Shown: positions 1-9,894, numbered from the stretch's first letter. The stretch: DNA of 64,000 bases from an uncultured Lachnospiraceae bacterium (GCA_948444865.1 CAOJVE010000001.1:1372-65371), one strand, 5' to 3'. The notes: a model not told the origin generated them from the letters alone. Program-made: numbers and translations.

Positions 1-2
1 TC

Positions 3-1535
3 GGCACAGAGATCACTTTGTTCCTGGGCGAATCCAGCGTGGAGTTTTCCAACGAATACCGCGCCCGGGAAGTCCTCGACAAATACTGCTCCTTCATGCC
101 GGTGAACATTTACTTAAGCAAAGCCGGCGGCGAGCAGGAATATGAAACCATCGACGAGGATGAGCTTTTAGACGACGACGTGATCGTGGAGCGCATCCAT
201 GAGGAGGCCAAAACCGAGGAAAAAGAAAACGAAAACGGCGAGAAAGAAACGGTGGAGATTTCCCCGGCCAGGGATCGGGTGAAAATCAACAAACGCCCGA
301 CTTCCATCAGCGAGCCGCAGCCCCTGTGGACCAAGCATCCCAACGAGTGCGCCGACGAGGATTACAAAGAATTTTACCAGAAGACATTTATGGACTTCAA
401 GGAGCCTCTGTTCTGGATTCACCTGAACATGGACTACCCCTTCAACCTGAAAGGAATCCTGTATTTTCCGAAGATTAACACGGAGTACGATTCCATCGAG
501 GGAACCATCAAGCTGTACAACAACCAGGTGTTCATCGCCGACAATATTAAGGAAGTCATCCCGGAATTCCTGATGCTCCTTAAGGGCGTCATCGACTGCC
601 CCGACTTGCCGCTGAACGTGTCCCGAAGCGCGCTGCAAAACGACGGATTCGTGAAGAAAATCTCCGAGTACATCACCAAGAAGGTGGCGGACAAGCTCAC
701 CGGCATGTGCAAGACCCAGCGGGAGGACTACGAGTCCTACTGGGACGACATCAGCCCCTTTATCAAATTCGGCTGCGTCAAAGACGACAAATTCTCCGAA
801 CGGATGATGGACTACATCCTGTTCAAAAACCTGGACGACAAATACCTGTCCTTAAAAGACTGCCTGGAGAAAAACAGCGCGCCGGAAGACAAGGAGGAGA
901 CAGCTTCGGATGAAAAAAAGGACGAGGACGTAAAGAAAACCACGATTTTCTACGTAACCGACCCCGTGCAGCAGAGCCAGTACATCAACCTGTTTAAGGA
1001 GCAGGGCCTGGACGCGGTGTATTTACAGCACAACATCGACAACGCCTTCATCTCCCACATCGAACGCCTCAATGACAAGGTGAAGTTCCAGCGCATCGAC
1101 TCCGATATGACCGAAGAAATCGTAGAAAACGACGCGGACGAGGAGACGACCAAAGCGCTCACCGACCTGTTCCAAAAGGAACTGAATAACGACAAGCTCA
1201 ACGTGAAGGTGGAAAACTTAAAGAACGAAAGCATCTCTTCCATGATCACTCTGGAAGAAGAAAGCCGCCGGATGCAGGAAATGATGAAAATGTACAGCAT
1301 GGGCGGCATGGGCATGGGCGACCCATCCATGTTCGGCGGCAAAGAAACCCTGATCCTCAACGCCAAAAATCCGCTGGTGCAGTATCTGGCCGCTCACGCA
1401 GATTCCGAGCACGCCCATATGATCTGTGAGCAGCTCTACGACCTGGCCATGATCAGCCACAAACCGCTGGCGCCGGAAGCCATGACCAAGTTTATTGCCC
1501 GGAGCAATGAGATTATGATGCTTTTGACGAAATAG
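3..1535 (+). CDS. htpG: Hsp90-family chaperone HtpG; 5' part lies outside the window
   Basis: The frame is open from base 3 (GTEITLFL). It carries the HtpG motifs PLWTK, LKGILYFP and CPDLPLNVSRSALQ. Confidence 0.95.
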   Translation, partial: GTEITLFLGESSVEFSNEYRAREVLDKYCSFMPVNIYLSKAGGEQEYETIDEDELLDDDVIVERIHEEAKTEEKENENGEKETVEISPARDRVKINKRPTSISEPQPLWTKHPNECADEDYKEFYQKTFMDFKEPLFWIHLNMDYPFNLKGILYFPKINTEYDSIEGTIKLYNNQVFIADNIKEVIPEFLMLLKGVIDCPDLPLNVSRSALQNDGFVKKISEYITKKVADKLTGMCKTQREDYESYWDDISPFIKFGCVKDDKFSERMMDYILFKNLDDKYLSLKDCLEKNSAPEDKEETASDEKKDEDVKKTTIFYVTDPVQQSQYINLFKEQGLDAVYLQHNIDNAFISHIERLNDKVKFQRIDSDMTEEIVENDADEETTKALTDLFQKELNNDKLNVKVENLKNESISSMITLEEESRRMQEMMKMYSMGGMGMGDPSMFGGKETLILNAKNPLVQYLAAHADSEHAHMICEQLYDLAMISHKPLAPEAMTKFIARSNEIMMLLTK

Positions 1536-1543
1536 GGAGTGAG

Positions 1544-1576
1544 AAAAAACCGCTGACGGGATGTCGGCGGTTTTTT
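1544..1576. terminator. Bidirectional intrinsic terminator between convergent htpG and the rloB-like gene
   Basis: AAAAAACCGCTGAC-loop-GTCGGCGGTTTTTT: a hairpin with an A-tract on one side and a T-tract on the other. Confidence 0.85.
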
Positions 1577-1582
1577 CCTTAT

Positions 1583-2266
1583 TCACTCATCTAAATACAT
1601 TTTTAACTCCTCCACCAGTTTATGCACCATTGTGCCTGGGTCATATTCCGATGGTTTATATACGCCCTTTTCAAACTTTTCCATTCTGCGCTTCGCATTT
1701 CTGATCGCACTGGCTACGCCGTCATGGATATTAACCAAATTATAAATATCTTCATAGTTTTTCCGATATTTCCCATCCCCTATTTTGTACTGCCTGAAAA
1801 TTTCACTCAGCTTTTTATTCCATTCATCTCTGTGCAATGCAGCATCACTGTAATAAAAATGCAGATATAACCAATACTCAAAAGATTGATTGCTCCATGC
1901 GCACTTATAGCCTTTATCCGCACACGCCTCTATAGCCCAGTCAAAATCCTTAAAATCATCTTTATCAAATACAATCCATACATTTTGATATATGATTTTC
2001 GCTTCCTTTACAATCTGATCGGCATGCGCAATCAGTCTTCCTGGTGAGCATCCCTTACCATAAATATCAATCAATGGCAGCTCAATTACATCCACGTTGC
2101 CCCCGACTTTTTCTTCAATCTTTTTCTGCAATCCTCTAAAATACAATGGTTCGGTGCGCTTTCCCTCCGTCACGATCAAATAAGAGTTCGCCTTGGGCGT
2201 TTTATATTCACAACGCCTTTCCTTCCTGTCTGCCCGCCGCTTTTTAAATAAGTCATCGGAACCCAT
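1583..2266 (-). CDS. RloB-family protein (TOPRIM-like fold)
   Basis: Motifs LIVTEGKRTEPLYF, VFDKDD and SNQSFEYWLYLHF. It abuts the upstream ATPase gene (stop codon immediately followed by ATG). Confidence 0.8.
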   Translation of the reverse strand: MGSDDLFKKRRADRKERRCEYKTPKANSYLIVTEGKRTEPLYFRGLQKKIEEKVGGNVDVIELPLIDIYGKGCSPGRLIAHADQIVKEAKIIYQNVWIVFDKDDFKDFDWAIEACADKGYKCAWSNQSFEYWLYLHFYYSDAALHRDEWNKKLSEIFRQYKIGDGKYRKNYEDIYNLVNIHDGVASAIRNAKRRMEKFEKGVYKPSEYDPGTMVHKLVEELKMYLDE

Positions 2267-3463
2267 CTATTCACCTTCTTTCAGAACGAATTCTTTCAGA
2301 AGCGGAATCCCTCCATATACGCCGGCCAAATAATCTTTTTCAAAAGATGCGTCAGACCGGACTTTGAAATCAGACAGCGCAGTTAATTGAGAATATCCAT
2401 ATTCGTCTTTTTGGACAAACCAAATCTGATCCCTCCGAAAAAACTTTTTGTCCATCAAGGTTGTATCATGGGTGGTATAAATTAATTGCGCCTGGGAATT
2501 ATTATTGTAAAATAAATCTATAATAAATTTTAACAGCAAAGGATGAAGCTTTACATTTAACTCATCCACAAACATAGAACGATCCGTCAAAATTGTGATT
2601 CGCACATATATATACAGCATAATGCTTTTTATGGTTCCCTCTGACTCAAAAAACAGCCCTAAAGGATGCAGTTCTCCATCCTTCCCCAGATGAAACGTCG
2701 TAAACGTCACTTCCTTTTCACGGTCATCGTAAACGATATCCTTTATACCCGAATCAATAGCTTTTAAAAATTCCAACAGTTTTTGTTTCTCCTCGTCTAT
2801 AATATCAGGCAAAAAAGATTCCAATATTCTTGTATCTTCACAAAAATCAGTTGAAACAACCAGCGTATCCATTATTCCTGCATATACACATTTAAAGATT
2901 TTCGTTTTTAATCTTAATTTATTAAAAAAAGACAATGCCAAAGTCTCAACCGGAATCTGCTCTTTATACATCTGACATTCATCCCTCGCCACAGGCCCAA
3001 ATTCCACTGTTTCCGCATTCCTCTCGAAAACAATTGCCTTTCTGTTCGTCCGCAGACTCTTTCTATATAACCATTCTGCTGCGATATGCTCTGCATTGTA
3101 TACAAATCCATAACGATACTCGAACTCTCCCAAGATTTCGACTACTTCAAATTCAGAATTCTCATCCTGATTTTCCTCAAATGAAAACGGTTCATAATAC
3201 CTTTCGATTGCTGTGCTTTTCTCTATGTCATCATTGTTGAATGATTCCATAATAATCGACTGAAAATATTTCATAGCTAACCATAAATTTGATTTTCCGC
3301 TCGCATTCGCTCCATAGATCGCCGCCACCCGAAGAAATTTCTCTTTTGTTCCATTGTCAATCAAATTGCACGCGTGCTCTTTGTATGCGTGAATCGCTGT
3401 CATGTCCAATGTGGTTTCTTCTCTAAACGATAAAACATTTTTCAGCGTAAACTGTACTAACAT
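2267..3463 (-). CDS. ABC-type AAA ATPase (AAA_15/AAA_21, RloA-like)
   Basis: Walker A GANASGKSN, signature-like ESEGT, Walker B FVDEL, HP motif, H-loop TTHD and FRRDQIWFVQK. The sequence is AT-rich. Confidence 0.85.
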   Translation of the reverse strand: MLVQFTLKNVLSFREETTLDMTAIHAYKEHACNLIDNGTKEKFLRVAAIYGANASGKSNLWLAMKYFQSIIMESFNNDDIEKSTAIERYYEPFSFEENQDENSEFEVVEILGEFEYRYGFVYNAEHIAAEWLYRKSLRTNRKAIVFERNAETVEFGPVARDECQMYKEQIPVETLALSFFNKLRLKTKIFKCVYAGIMDTLVVSTDFCEDTRILESFLPDIIDEEKQKLLEFLKAIDSGIKDIVYDDREKEVTFTTFHLGKDGELHPLGLFFESEGTIKSIMLYIYVRITILTDRSMFVDELNVKLHPLLLKFIIDLFYNNNSQAQLIYTTHDTTLMDKKFFRRDQIWFVQKDEYGYSQLTALSDFKVRSDASFEKDYLAGVYGGIPLLKEFVLKEGE

Positions 3464-3501
3464 ATCGCACTATCACCTAATTTCCTATACTTTAACTATA
3501 T

Positions 3502-3529
3502 AGTATAATCATTTCATATCCTATGTCAA
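3502..3529 (-). promoter_or_regulatory. SigA-type promoter for the ATPase-RloB pair
   Basis: TTGACA-16 nt-TATACT on the minus strand, upstream of the start at 3463. Confidence 0.6.
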
Positions 3530-3565
3530 TATTTTTGAGAAAATCCCACAATTTTATTCGTATAA

Positions 3566-4957
3566 TTACAGTTCCAAAATACTCCGCGCCACGCTAATCC
3601 CATTGGCGCTGGCCTGCTGCAGTCCCCGCGTCACCGACGCGCCGTCGCCGATGGCCCGCAGGCCTTTCACATTTGTCTCAAAGCCCGCGTCCACCGCCAC
3701 CTTATTGGAATAGAATTTGACCTCCACCCCGTAAAGCAGGGTTTCATCGCTGGCGATTCCCGGCGTCACCTTATCCAGCGCGAAGATCATTTCCTCGATG
3801 TCCACCATGATCCGGTGGGGGAACGCCAAAGAGAGATCGCCTGGCACTGCGTCTTTTAAGGTGGGAATCAGGTTGTTGCGCCCCAGCCTTTCCTCGGTGG
3901 TGCGGCGGCCTCTGCGGAAATCGCCGAAGGTCTGCACCATGATTTTCCCATCGCAGAGCATATTGCTGAGCCGGGCGATGTGCTTTCCATATTCGATGGG
4001 GCTTTTGAACGGCTTCGTAAAGTTCTTGGACACCAGCAGGGCAAAATTCGTGTTGTCGGTTTTGTATTCCTTGGACTTGTAGGCGTGGCCGTTGACCACC
4101 GCCAGGCCGCCCTCATAATATTCCGTGGCCACTTCCCCCGACGGGTTGGTGCAGAACGTCCGCACTTTGTCGTCGAAGGTGGGCGTATAATAGATCAATT
4201 TCGCCTCGTACAGGTTTTTATTTAAGGCTTCCATCACCTCGTCCCGGACTTCCACCCGCACGCCCACGTCCACGGTGCCCACCCGGGTTTCGATCCCGTG
4301 TTTTAGGCAAATGTGGCTGAGCCATTCCGCGCCTTCCCGGCCCACGGCCGCCACCACCTGGCCCGCGTAATATTTCTGGCCAGCCTGAGTCTGCACCCCT
4401 ATGGCCTGCCCATCCTCGATGAGAATGTCCTCCACCATGGAGTTAAAGAGCATCTCCACCCCTTTTTCCTGGAGGTGGCGCTGCAGCCGCTGGTAAATCT
4501 TATAGCCCTCCTCGGTGCCCAGATGGCGAATAGGGCATTCCACCAGCTTTAGGTTGGCGTTGATGGCCTTGCGGCGGATCTCCCGGATCTCGGCCTCCTT
4601 GCCCACGCCGTACACATGGGCGTCCGCCCCGAATTTCAGGTAAATATCGTCGGATTCTTTTAGAAGCTCCACAGTCTTTTCGTATCCCAGGATTTCCGGC
4701 AGATTGCCGCCCACGTCCGGCGACAGCGACAGCTTTCCGTCGGAAAAAGCGCCGGCCCCCGCGAATCCCGTGGTAATGGAACAGGGCTGACAGCCCACGC
4801 ATTCTTTGGTTTTCCGTTTGGGGCACTGCCGCTTCTCGATGGAACGCCCTTTCTCAATCATCAAAATGCGCATGTCCGGCCGTTTCTCAATCAACTCGTA
4901 CGCGCAGAAAATCGCCGACGGCCCGGCGCCAATCATAATCACATCGTATGCATTCAT
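3566..4957 (-). CDS. NAD(P)/FAD-dependent oxidoreductase (COG2509-like) with a Cys cluster
   Basis: N-terminal YDVIMIGAGP dinucleotide-binding motif, CPKRKTKECVGCQPC, GFAGAGAFSDGK and C-terminal AIGDGASVTRGL. The start was reassigned from the ORF track to 4957 (or 4969) behind an AGAGG/AAAGG RBS. Confidence 0.8.
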   Translation of the reverse strand: MNAYDVIMIGAGPSAIFCAYELIEKRPDMRILMIEKGRSIEKRQCPKRKTKECVGCQPCSITTGFAGAGAFSDGKLSLSPDVGGNLPEILGYEKTVELLKESDDIYLKFGADAHVYGVGKEAEIREIRRKAINANLKLVECPIRHLGTEEGYKIYQRLQRHLQEKGVEMLFNSMVEDILIEDGQAIGVQTQAGQKYYAGQVVAAVGREGAEWLSHICLKHGIETRVGTVDVGVRVEVRDEVMEALNKNLYEAKLIYYTPTFDDKVRTFCTNPSGEVATEYYEGGLAVVNGHAYKSKEYKTDNTNFALLVSKNFTKPFKSPIEYGKHIARLSNMLCDGKIMVQTFGDFRRGRRTTEERLGRNNLIPTLKDAVPGDLSLAFPHRIMVDIEEMIFALDKVTPGIASDETLLYGVEVKFYSNKVAVDAGFETNVKGLRAIGDGASVTRGLQQASANGISVARSILEL

Positions 4958-5042
4958 AATCCCATCCATCCTTTCCTCTTCTTGCCTCCTATTATACCCC
5001 AAAATCGTTTTCGGGAACAGGCCCGCGGACCCATATTTCCCT

Positions 5043-5071
5043 GAATAAAAAAAAGCAAACCGTCCATACTT
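5043..5071 (+). promoter_or_regulatory. Candidate SigG/SigF forespore promoter for the SASP gene
   Basis: GAATA-17 nt-CATACTT resembles the Bacillus SigG consensus and lies upstream of a SASP gene. Confidence 0.4.
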
Positions 5072-5167
5072 TTGATAGCCGATGGAATAAGCGCGGGAAA
5101 TTGCGGGGCTGCCGAAAAGGTCGTCTCGCAATCGCCTGAAGATAACAGATGAAAAGGAGTGTGGATA

Positions 5168-5380
5168 ATGGGTAAAAAAAAGGAAAAGGAAATCAACCTG
5201 AAAGACCTGACGCCCCAGGAGAAGCTGAAGTACGAGATCGCCGAGGAGCTGGGGCTTTTGGATCAGGTTTTGGAAAAGGGCTGGAAGAGCCTGCCCGCCA
5301 AGGACACCGGGCGCATCGGCGGGCTGATGACCCGCCGGAAGAAAATGCTGGAAAACGCCCAGAACGCTCTCAAAAATTAA
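5168..5380 (+). CDS. Small acid-soluble spore protein, alpha/beta type
   Basis: KLKYEIAEELGL...GRIGGLMT matches the SASP pattern. RBS AAGGAG precedes the ATG at 5168. Confidence 0.85.
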   Translation: MGKKKEKEINLKDLTPQEKLKYEIAEELGLLDQVLEKGWKSLPAKDTGRIGGLMTRRKKMLENAQNALKN

Positions 5381-5384
5381 AAAC

Positions 5385-5536
5385 GGCGGCTCTGACAGAC
5401 TGGTATCTATGGAAAACACTACGTATCATAAATAAAAAGTGAAGTGGTTTTTTGTGGAGGAGTTTTCCGTCGCGTGAACTGTTTGTTCAGGCGGTTGCCG
5501 TATTGTTCCCATAGATGCCAGACGGCCAGAACCGCC
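5385..5536. repeat. Imperfect ~32-bp inverted repeat pair (MITE-like or structured 3' UTR)
   Basis: 5385-5417 GGCGGCTCTGACAGACTGGTATCTATGGAAAAC versus the reverse complement of 5505-5536, GGCGGTTCTGGCCGTCTGGCATCTATGGGAAC. Confidence 0.65.
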
Positions 5537-5553
5537 TGTTATGTTTTTAATTT

Positions 5554-6909
5554 TCATGGGCGTTCTGCGCGGCCGCTTTTCCAGTAATAGACCGCCATGC
5601 ACAGAGCCGCCATTCCCCAGGTGACGGGATAGGTAACGGCGATTCCACGGATGTCATGCCACTGGCCCATAAGGACAAACAAAAGTATGGTCCGCAGAAT
5701 ACACATATTGGATAAAATGATTACCATCGGCGGTACGGCTTTCCCTGCGCCCCGCGCCGCGTCCGCCAGCGTTTCCAGGATTACATAGAACCAGTAAAAC
5801 GGGAATGTGATCCGAATGATTTTCATGCCGGCGGCAATGACCGCCGCGTCTTTGGTGAACAAGCCGAACGCCTGGGGGCCGAAAAGCAGCAGAATAATGG
5901 CCGTGGCCACATTCAGGAAAATCCCCATCAGGATACAGCTTTTCACGCCCTGGCGCACCCGTCTGGGCTTTTTCGCTCCGGCATTTTGCCCGGCAAAGGT
6001 GGTCATGGCCTGGCCCAGCGCGATGATCGGGTGGTACAGCAAAAGCTCAATCCGAAAATACGTGGTAAAGGCGCCGATGGCGTCCACCCCCAGACTGTTG
6101 ATGTGATACTGGGCGAACATGTTGGAAAGGGTGATCACCAGATTCTGCACGCCCGCCGGAATCCCGATTTTCACAATTCTAAAAAGAATATCCCTCTGGA
6201 TGCAGATGTTTTTTAAAATAAGCTGGCAATCCCCGCCCCGCTTCATCAGATACCAGAGGCACAAGCCCGCCGCCAGCGTCTGGGAGGCCATGGAAGCCCA
6301 GGCCGCGCTTTCCACCCGCGGGAAATTGCGGATCAATACCGCGTCGGCAATCACGTTGGCGATGCCGCCGGCCAGCTGGGTCAGCATGGGGACGCTGGAA
6401 TTTCCCATGGCGCGGATGATGCCGGAAGCCATGTTGTATGTAATCACCGAGGTCAGGCTCAAAAAATAAATCCGCAGATAGGATGCCGCTTCTCCCAGAA
6501 TACTCACGTCCACGCCCATCAGCCGCAGGAAAAACGGCGCGCCCAGCCAGCCTGCCGCCATCAAGAAAAGTCCGCCCGCCAGGCTTAAGCCTATTGCCGT
6601 GTGGACTCCCGCCTGGGCCGCCTTTTTGTCCCGGCAGCCCACCGCCTGGGAAATCACCACGCCGGCCCCCACCGACATGCCGGTGAAAAATCCCACCATG
6701 CAGTTGATAATCAGAGAGCTTGCGCCCACCGCCGCGTAGGAATTTTTGCTCAGGCAATTTCCCACAAACAGCAGGTCCACCGTATTGTAAAGCTGCTGAA
6801 TCAGGCTGGAGCCCAGAAGCGGCAGCGAAAACAACAAAAGCTGCTTCCAGATCGCGCCTTCCGTCAGATCATAGCCGTTTTTATTTTTTGCCGTCTGCGC
6901 GCGCGTCAT
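5554..6909 (-). CDS. MATE-family efflux transporter
   Basis: LTEGAIWKQLLLFSLPLL, QQLYNTVD and GQNAGAK motifs with about 12 hydrophobic segments. It overlaps the upstream gene by ATGA. Confidence 0.92.
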   Translation of the reverse strand: MTRAQTAKNKNGYDLTEGAIWKQLLLFSLPLLGSSLIQQLYNTVDLLFVGNCLSKNSYAAVGASSLIINCMVGFFTGMSVGAGVVISQAVGCRDKKAAQAGVHTAIGLSLAGGLFLMAAGWLGAPFFLRLMGVDVSILGEAASYLRIYFLSLTSVITYNMASGIIRAMGNSSVPMLTQLAGGIANVIADAVLIRNFPRVESAAWASMASQTLAAGLCLWYLMKRGGDCQLILKNICIQRDILFRIVKIGIPAGVQNLVITLSNMFAQYHINSLGVDAIGAFTTYFRIELLLYHPIIALGQAMTTFAGQNAGAKKPRRVRQGVKSCILMGIFLNVATAIILLLFGPQAFGLFTKDAAVIAAGMKIIRITFPFYWFYVILETLADAARGAGKAVPPMVIILSNMCILRTILLFVLMGQWHDIRGIAVTYPVTWGMAALCMAVYYWKSGRAERP

Positions 6910-8144
6910 TCTCGTCTGCGCTCCTGCGCCTCCTCGCGGGTGTACGCCTCCGTCAGCGCTTTTAATTTCTCAAAGCTTGCCTTTTCGTCGTACGCCTTCA
7001 TCACTGAGCACAAATCTTCGTAATTATAGGCATTTACATAAACGCCCGTAGCCAGCGCATATTGTTCGTTGAACTCTTCTTTGCTTTTGGAAATCCAGAA
7101 TCCCTGGGTCATCTGAAACGCCCGGCCGTCTTCGCGGAATTCTTCCCCATATCCGGTGACGGCGTTGTACATGGCCGCGAACGCCGGGCCGATGGTGGAG
7201 CTGAATTTGCCCGCCACGTAGCACAGAGTTCCGTCGGCGAAAAGCTCTTTGTTGGTCATGCTGTAACAGTCAATCACGCCCTGCTTGATCCCTTCCTTGC
7301 GGAATGCGTCCACGATGTTGTACATGGAAAACATGGAAAGGGCGTAGTCATAGGAATTGTTTTCCAGCTCTTCGATGGCTTTTTTCTCCACGTTCTCCCG
7401 GGTGGTGTAGCCGGGGAAAACCGTCAGCTTCACGTCTCCCAGGGACAATTTAACCGGCTCTTCTGTCAAGGCCAGCGCTTCCACGTCCTGCCCCAGATCG
7501 CCGAATTCTTTTTCAAACACATTCAAAGCACCCACGGAACGGGCGTGGTGCATCTCATTTCCGATGCTGGCGCCTCCGGTGAACAGGATGTAGGATTTCC
7601 CCTGTTTCTCGTGGATAAAATATTCCGCCATTTCCGCGCCGGCCTCGTGCTCAATCTCGTTGCCGGGGCCGATGACGCCCAGGAAATAGGGATCGTCCGC
7701 CACAGATTCGTAGTCTTCCTCGGTCACGCTGCCGGAAGCCAGCACGTAATAAACCCCCTGGGATTTACAGTATTTTACCTCCTCCGGCAAATCGTAAGTA
7801 ATAAAGGACAAAATGCCTTCCACGCCTTCCGCGCAGGCGTCTTCCAGGAACTTCATCTCGTCTTCTTTGCTGCGAATGGCGTAGGAATAGTGAAACTTTA
7901 CTTCTGGAAAACATTTTTCTATATAACTGGTCAGATATTCCCGAAAAGCAATCACTTCGTCGTCTAACACATCGTAAACGGCCACGCCGATTTTGTGATT
8001 CTGTTTATGGGCCTCTTCGCCGCTCTCTTCCGTCTTTGAATCCGGCGCGCTTTTGGAAGCGTCGGACTTTGACGGGGAGCTGCCGCAGCCGCCCATGCCC
8101 AATAACAGCATAGCCGCCATCAGGATGAATGCCAACCTTCTCAC
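6906..8144 (-). CDS. Lipoprotein, probable class I (sugar-type) periplasmic-binding-protein fold
   Basis: Signal peptide with lipobox MGGC and a Ser-rich linker, followed by KIGVAVYD and an alternating beta/alpha pattern. No cognate permease is adjacent. Confidence 0.55.
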   Translation of the reverse strand: MRRLAFILMAAMLLLGMGGCGSSPSKSDASKSAPDSKTEESGEEAHKQNHKIGVAVYDVLDDEVIAFREYLTSYIEKCFPEVKFHYSYAIRSKEDEMKFLEDACAEGVEGILSFITYDLPEEVKYCKSQGVYYVLASGSVTEEDYESVADDPYFLGVIGPGNEIEHEAGAEMAEYFIHEKQGKSYILFTGGASIGNEMHHARSVGALNVFEKEFGDLGQDVEALALTEEPVKLSLGDVKLTVFPGYTTRENVEKKAIEELENNSYDYALSMFSMYNIVDAFRKEGIKQGVIDCYSMTNKELFADGTLCYVAGKFSSTIGPAFAAMYNAVTGYGEEFREDGRAFQMTQGFWISKSKEEFNEQYALATGVYVNAYNYEDLCSVMKAYDEKASFEKLKALTEAYTREEAQERRRE

Positions 8145-8147
8145 TGT

Positions 8148-9119
8148 TTAGTCTCCCTTCTTTCCAAAAATATGACAGGCCACCTCATGGCCCGGCTCCA
8201 TCTGGGCCAAAAGCGGGCGTTTTTGTCTGCAGATTTCCGTACAGTGTCCGCAGCGATCCTGGAAAGGACAGCCGTCCGGCACGTCCAGAGGGCTTGGCGC
8301 CTCGCTTTCGATGCTGGCGATTTTCTTGGAAAAATCCATATGAATGTCAAAGATGGCTCCCATCAGCGCCTTGGTGTAGGGATGCATGGCGCGGGCATTC
8401 AGATCCTCGGCGGGAATCACTTCCACGATGTTTCCCAAATACATCACCGCGATCTGATGGGCGAAGGACTGGATCAGTCCCAGGTCATGGGCGATAAAGC
8501 CGATGGCGATGTTCTTTTCTTTTTGCAGCTTCACCACAAGCTTGATGATGGTCTTCTGCACCGACACGTCCAGGGCGCAGGTGGCCTCATCCATCACCAC
8601 GATCTCCGGCTCCAGCACAATGGCGCGGGCGATGGCGATTCTCTGCCGCTGGCCGCCGCTCATATTGTGGGGATACCGGTTGGCGAAATCCGCCGGCAAA
8701 TCCACCAGTTCCAGATATTTTTTTGCCACCGCGTCTTTTTCGCTCTTTTTGATTCTGCCGAAATTCATCAGCGGCTCGCAGATAATGTCACGAATCTTCA
8801 TTTTCGGATTAAAAGAACCGGACGGATCCTGGAAAACCATCTGAATTTTCTGACGATTTTGCCGCAGGGTTTCCCCCTTCATCTTCGTAATGTCTTTTCC
8901 GTGAAAGAAAATCTCCCCTTCGGTGGGCGCGTCCAGAGAAACCAGAAAGCGCATAAACGTGCTTTTTCCGCAGCCGGATTCCCCCACCAGACCCAGGGTC
9001 TTGCCCTTGTATAATTTCAGATTGACATCGTTGCAGGCCACCAGGGTTCGGTTATTGGAGGCGGGGAATCTGCGCGTCACATGTTTTGCCTCCAAGATCA
9101 TGTCTTTTTCATCAAACAT
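8148..9119 (-). CDS. Peptide/nickel ABC transporter ATP-binding subunit (OppF/DppF-like)
   Basis: GESGCGKST, MSGGQRQR, VMDE and a C-terminal CPFQDRCGHCTEIC extension. The start is placed behind a GGAGGT RBS. Confidence 0.92.
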   Translation of the reverse strand: MFDEKDMILEAKHVTRRFPASNNRTLVACNDVNLKLYKGKTLGLVGESGCGKSTFMRFLVSLDAPTEGEIFFHGKDITKMKGETLRQNRQKIQMVFQDPSGSFNPKMKIRDIICEPLMNFGRIKKSEKDAVAKKYLELVDLPADFANRYPHNMSGGQRQRIAIARAIVLEPEIVVMDEATCALDVSVQKTIIKLVVKLQKEKNIAIGFIAHDLGLIQSFAHQIAVMYLGNIVEVIPAEDLNARAMHPYTKALMGAIFDIHMDFSKKIASIESEAPSPLDVPDGCPFQDRCGHCTEICRQKRPLLAQMEPGHEVACHIFGKKGD

Positions 9120-9894
9120 AGCGTACACCTCCCAGGGACGGCACCGCGTCCAGCAGATTTCTCGTATAGTCGCTTTGGGAATGGTTAAGGATCTGTTCCC
9201 GGTCGCCCGCGTCCACGATTTTCCCGTTTTTCATCACGATAATGGCGTCCGCCATATAGGCGGCCACGCCCAGGTTGTGGGTCACCACGATGATGCTGGT
9301 CCGGTACTCGTCCCGAAGCTCCATCATCTGGCGGACAATCTGCGCCTGGGTGGTCACGTCCAGGGCGCTGGTGGGCTCGTCGGCCAGCAAAAGCTTGGGC
9401 TGAAAGGTCATGGCCATGGCAATGCCCACCCTCTGGCGCATGCCGCCGGAGAGCTGAAACGGGTAGCTTTTCATAATATTGTCGCCGCTTGGCAGGCGCA
9501 TCCGCTCCAGCATCTGAATCCCCATGTCCCAGGCATCCTTTTTCGTCATATTCTTATGGGTGCGGATGTATTCGACGAACTGGTTTCCGATGATCCGGGT
9601 CTGGTTGGTCATGGCCCCGGAGTCCTGGAAAATCATGGAAATATCCGTGCCCCTAAGCTTCCTCCACTGTTCTTTCGTATTGGACAAAAGGGATTTTCCC
9701 TCGAAGAGAATGTCCCCTTTCGTCACTTTGCCGCCGCCGGCCAAAAGCCCCAAAACCGCGCGGATGACGGTGGTTTTGCCGCTTCCGCTCTCGCCCACGA
9801 TACTGCAGATTTTCCCCTGCTTAAGAGAGAGGCTGAAGTCTTTGACCGTTGGGCGTTCTTTATAAGATATGGTCACATCTTTGATTTCCAACAT
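9112..9894 (-). CDS. Peptide/nickel ABC transporter ATP-binding subunit (OppD/NikD-like)
   Basis: GESGSGKTT, LSGGMRQR and LADEPTSALD. Confidence 0.92.
   Translation of the reverse strand: MLEIKDVTISYKERPTVKDFSLSLKQGKICSIVGESGSGKTTVIRAVLGLLAGGGKVTKGDILFEGKSLLSNTKEQWRKLRGTDISMIFQDSGAMTNQTRIIGNQFVEYIRTHKNMTKKDAWDMGIQMLERMRLPSGDNIMKSYPFQLSGGMRQRVGIAMAMTFQPKLLLADEPTSALDVTTQAQIVRQMMELRDEYRTSIIVVTHNLGVAAYMADAIIVMKNGKIVDAGDREQILNHSQSDYTRNLLDAVPSLGGVRYV

Noticed and set aside
4958-5419. Long N-terminal extension of the 617-aa ORF in the track
   Set aside because: The extension is the antisense of the SASP gene and intergenic DNA. The FAD-binding motif and RBS place the real start at 4957-4969.
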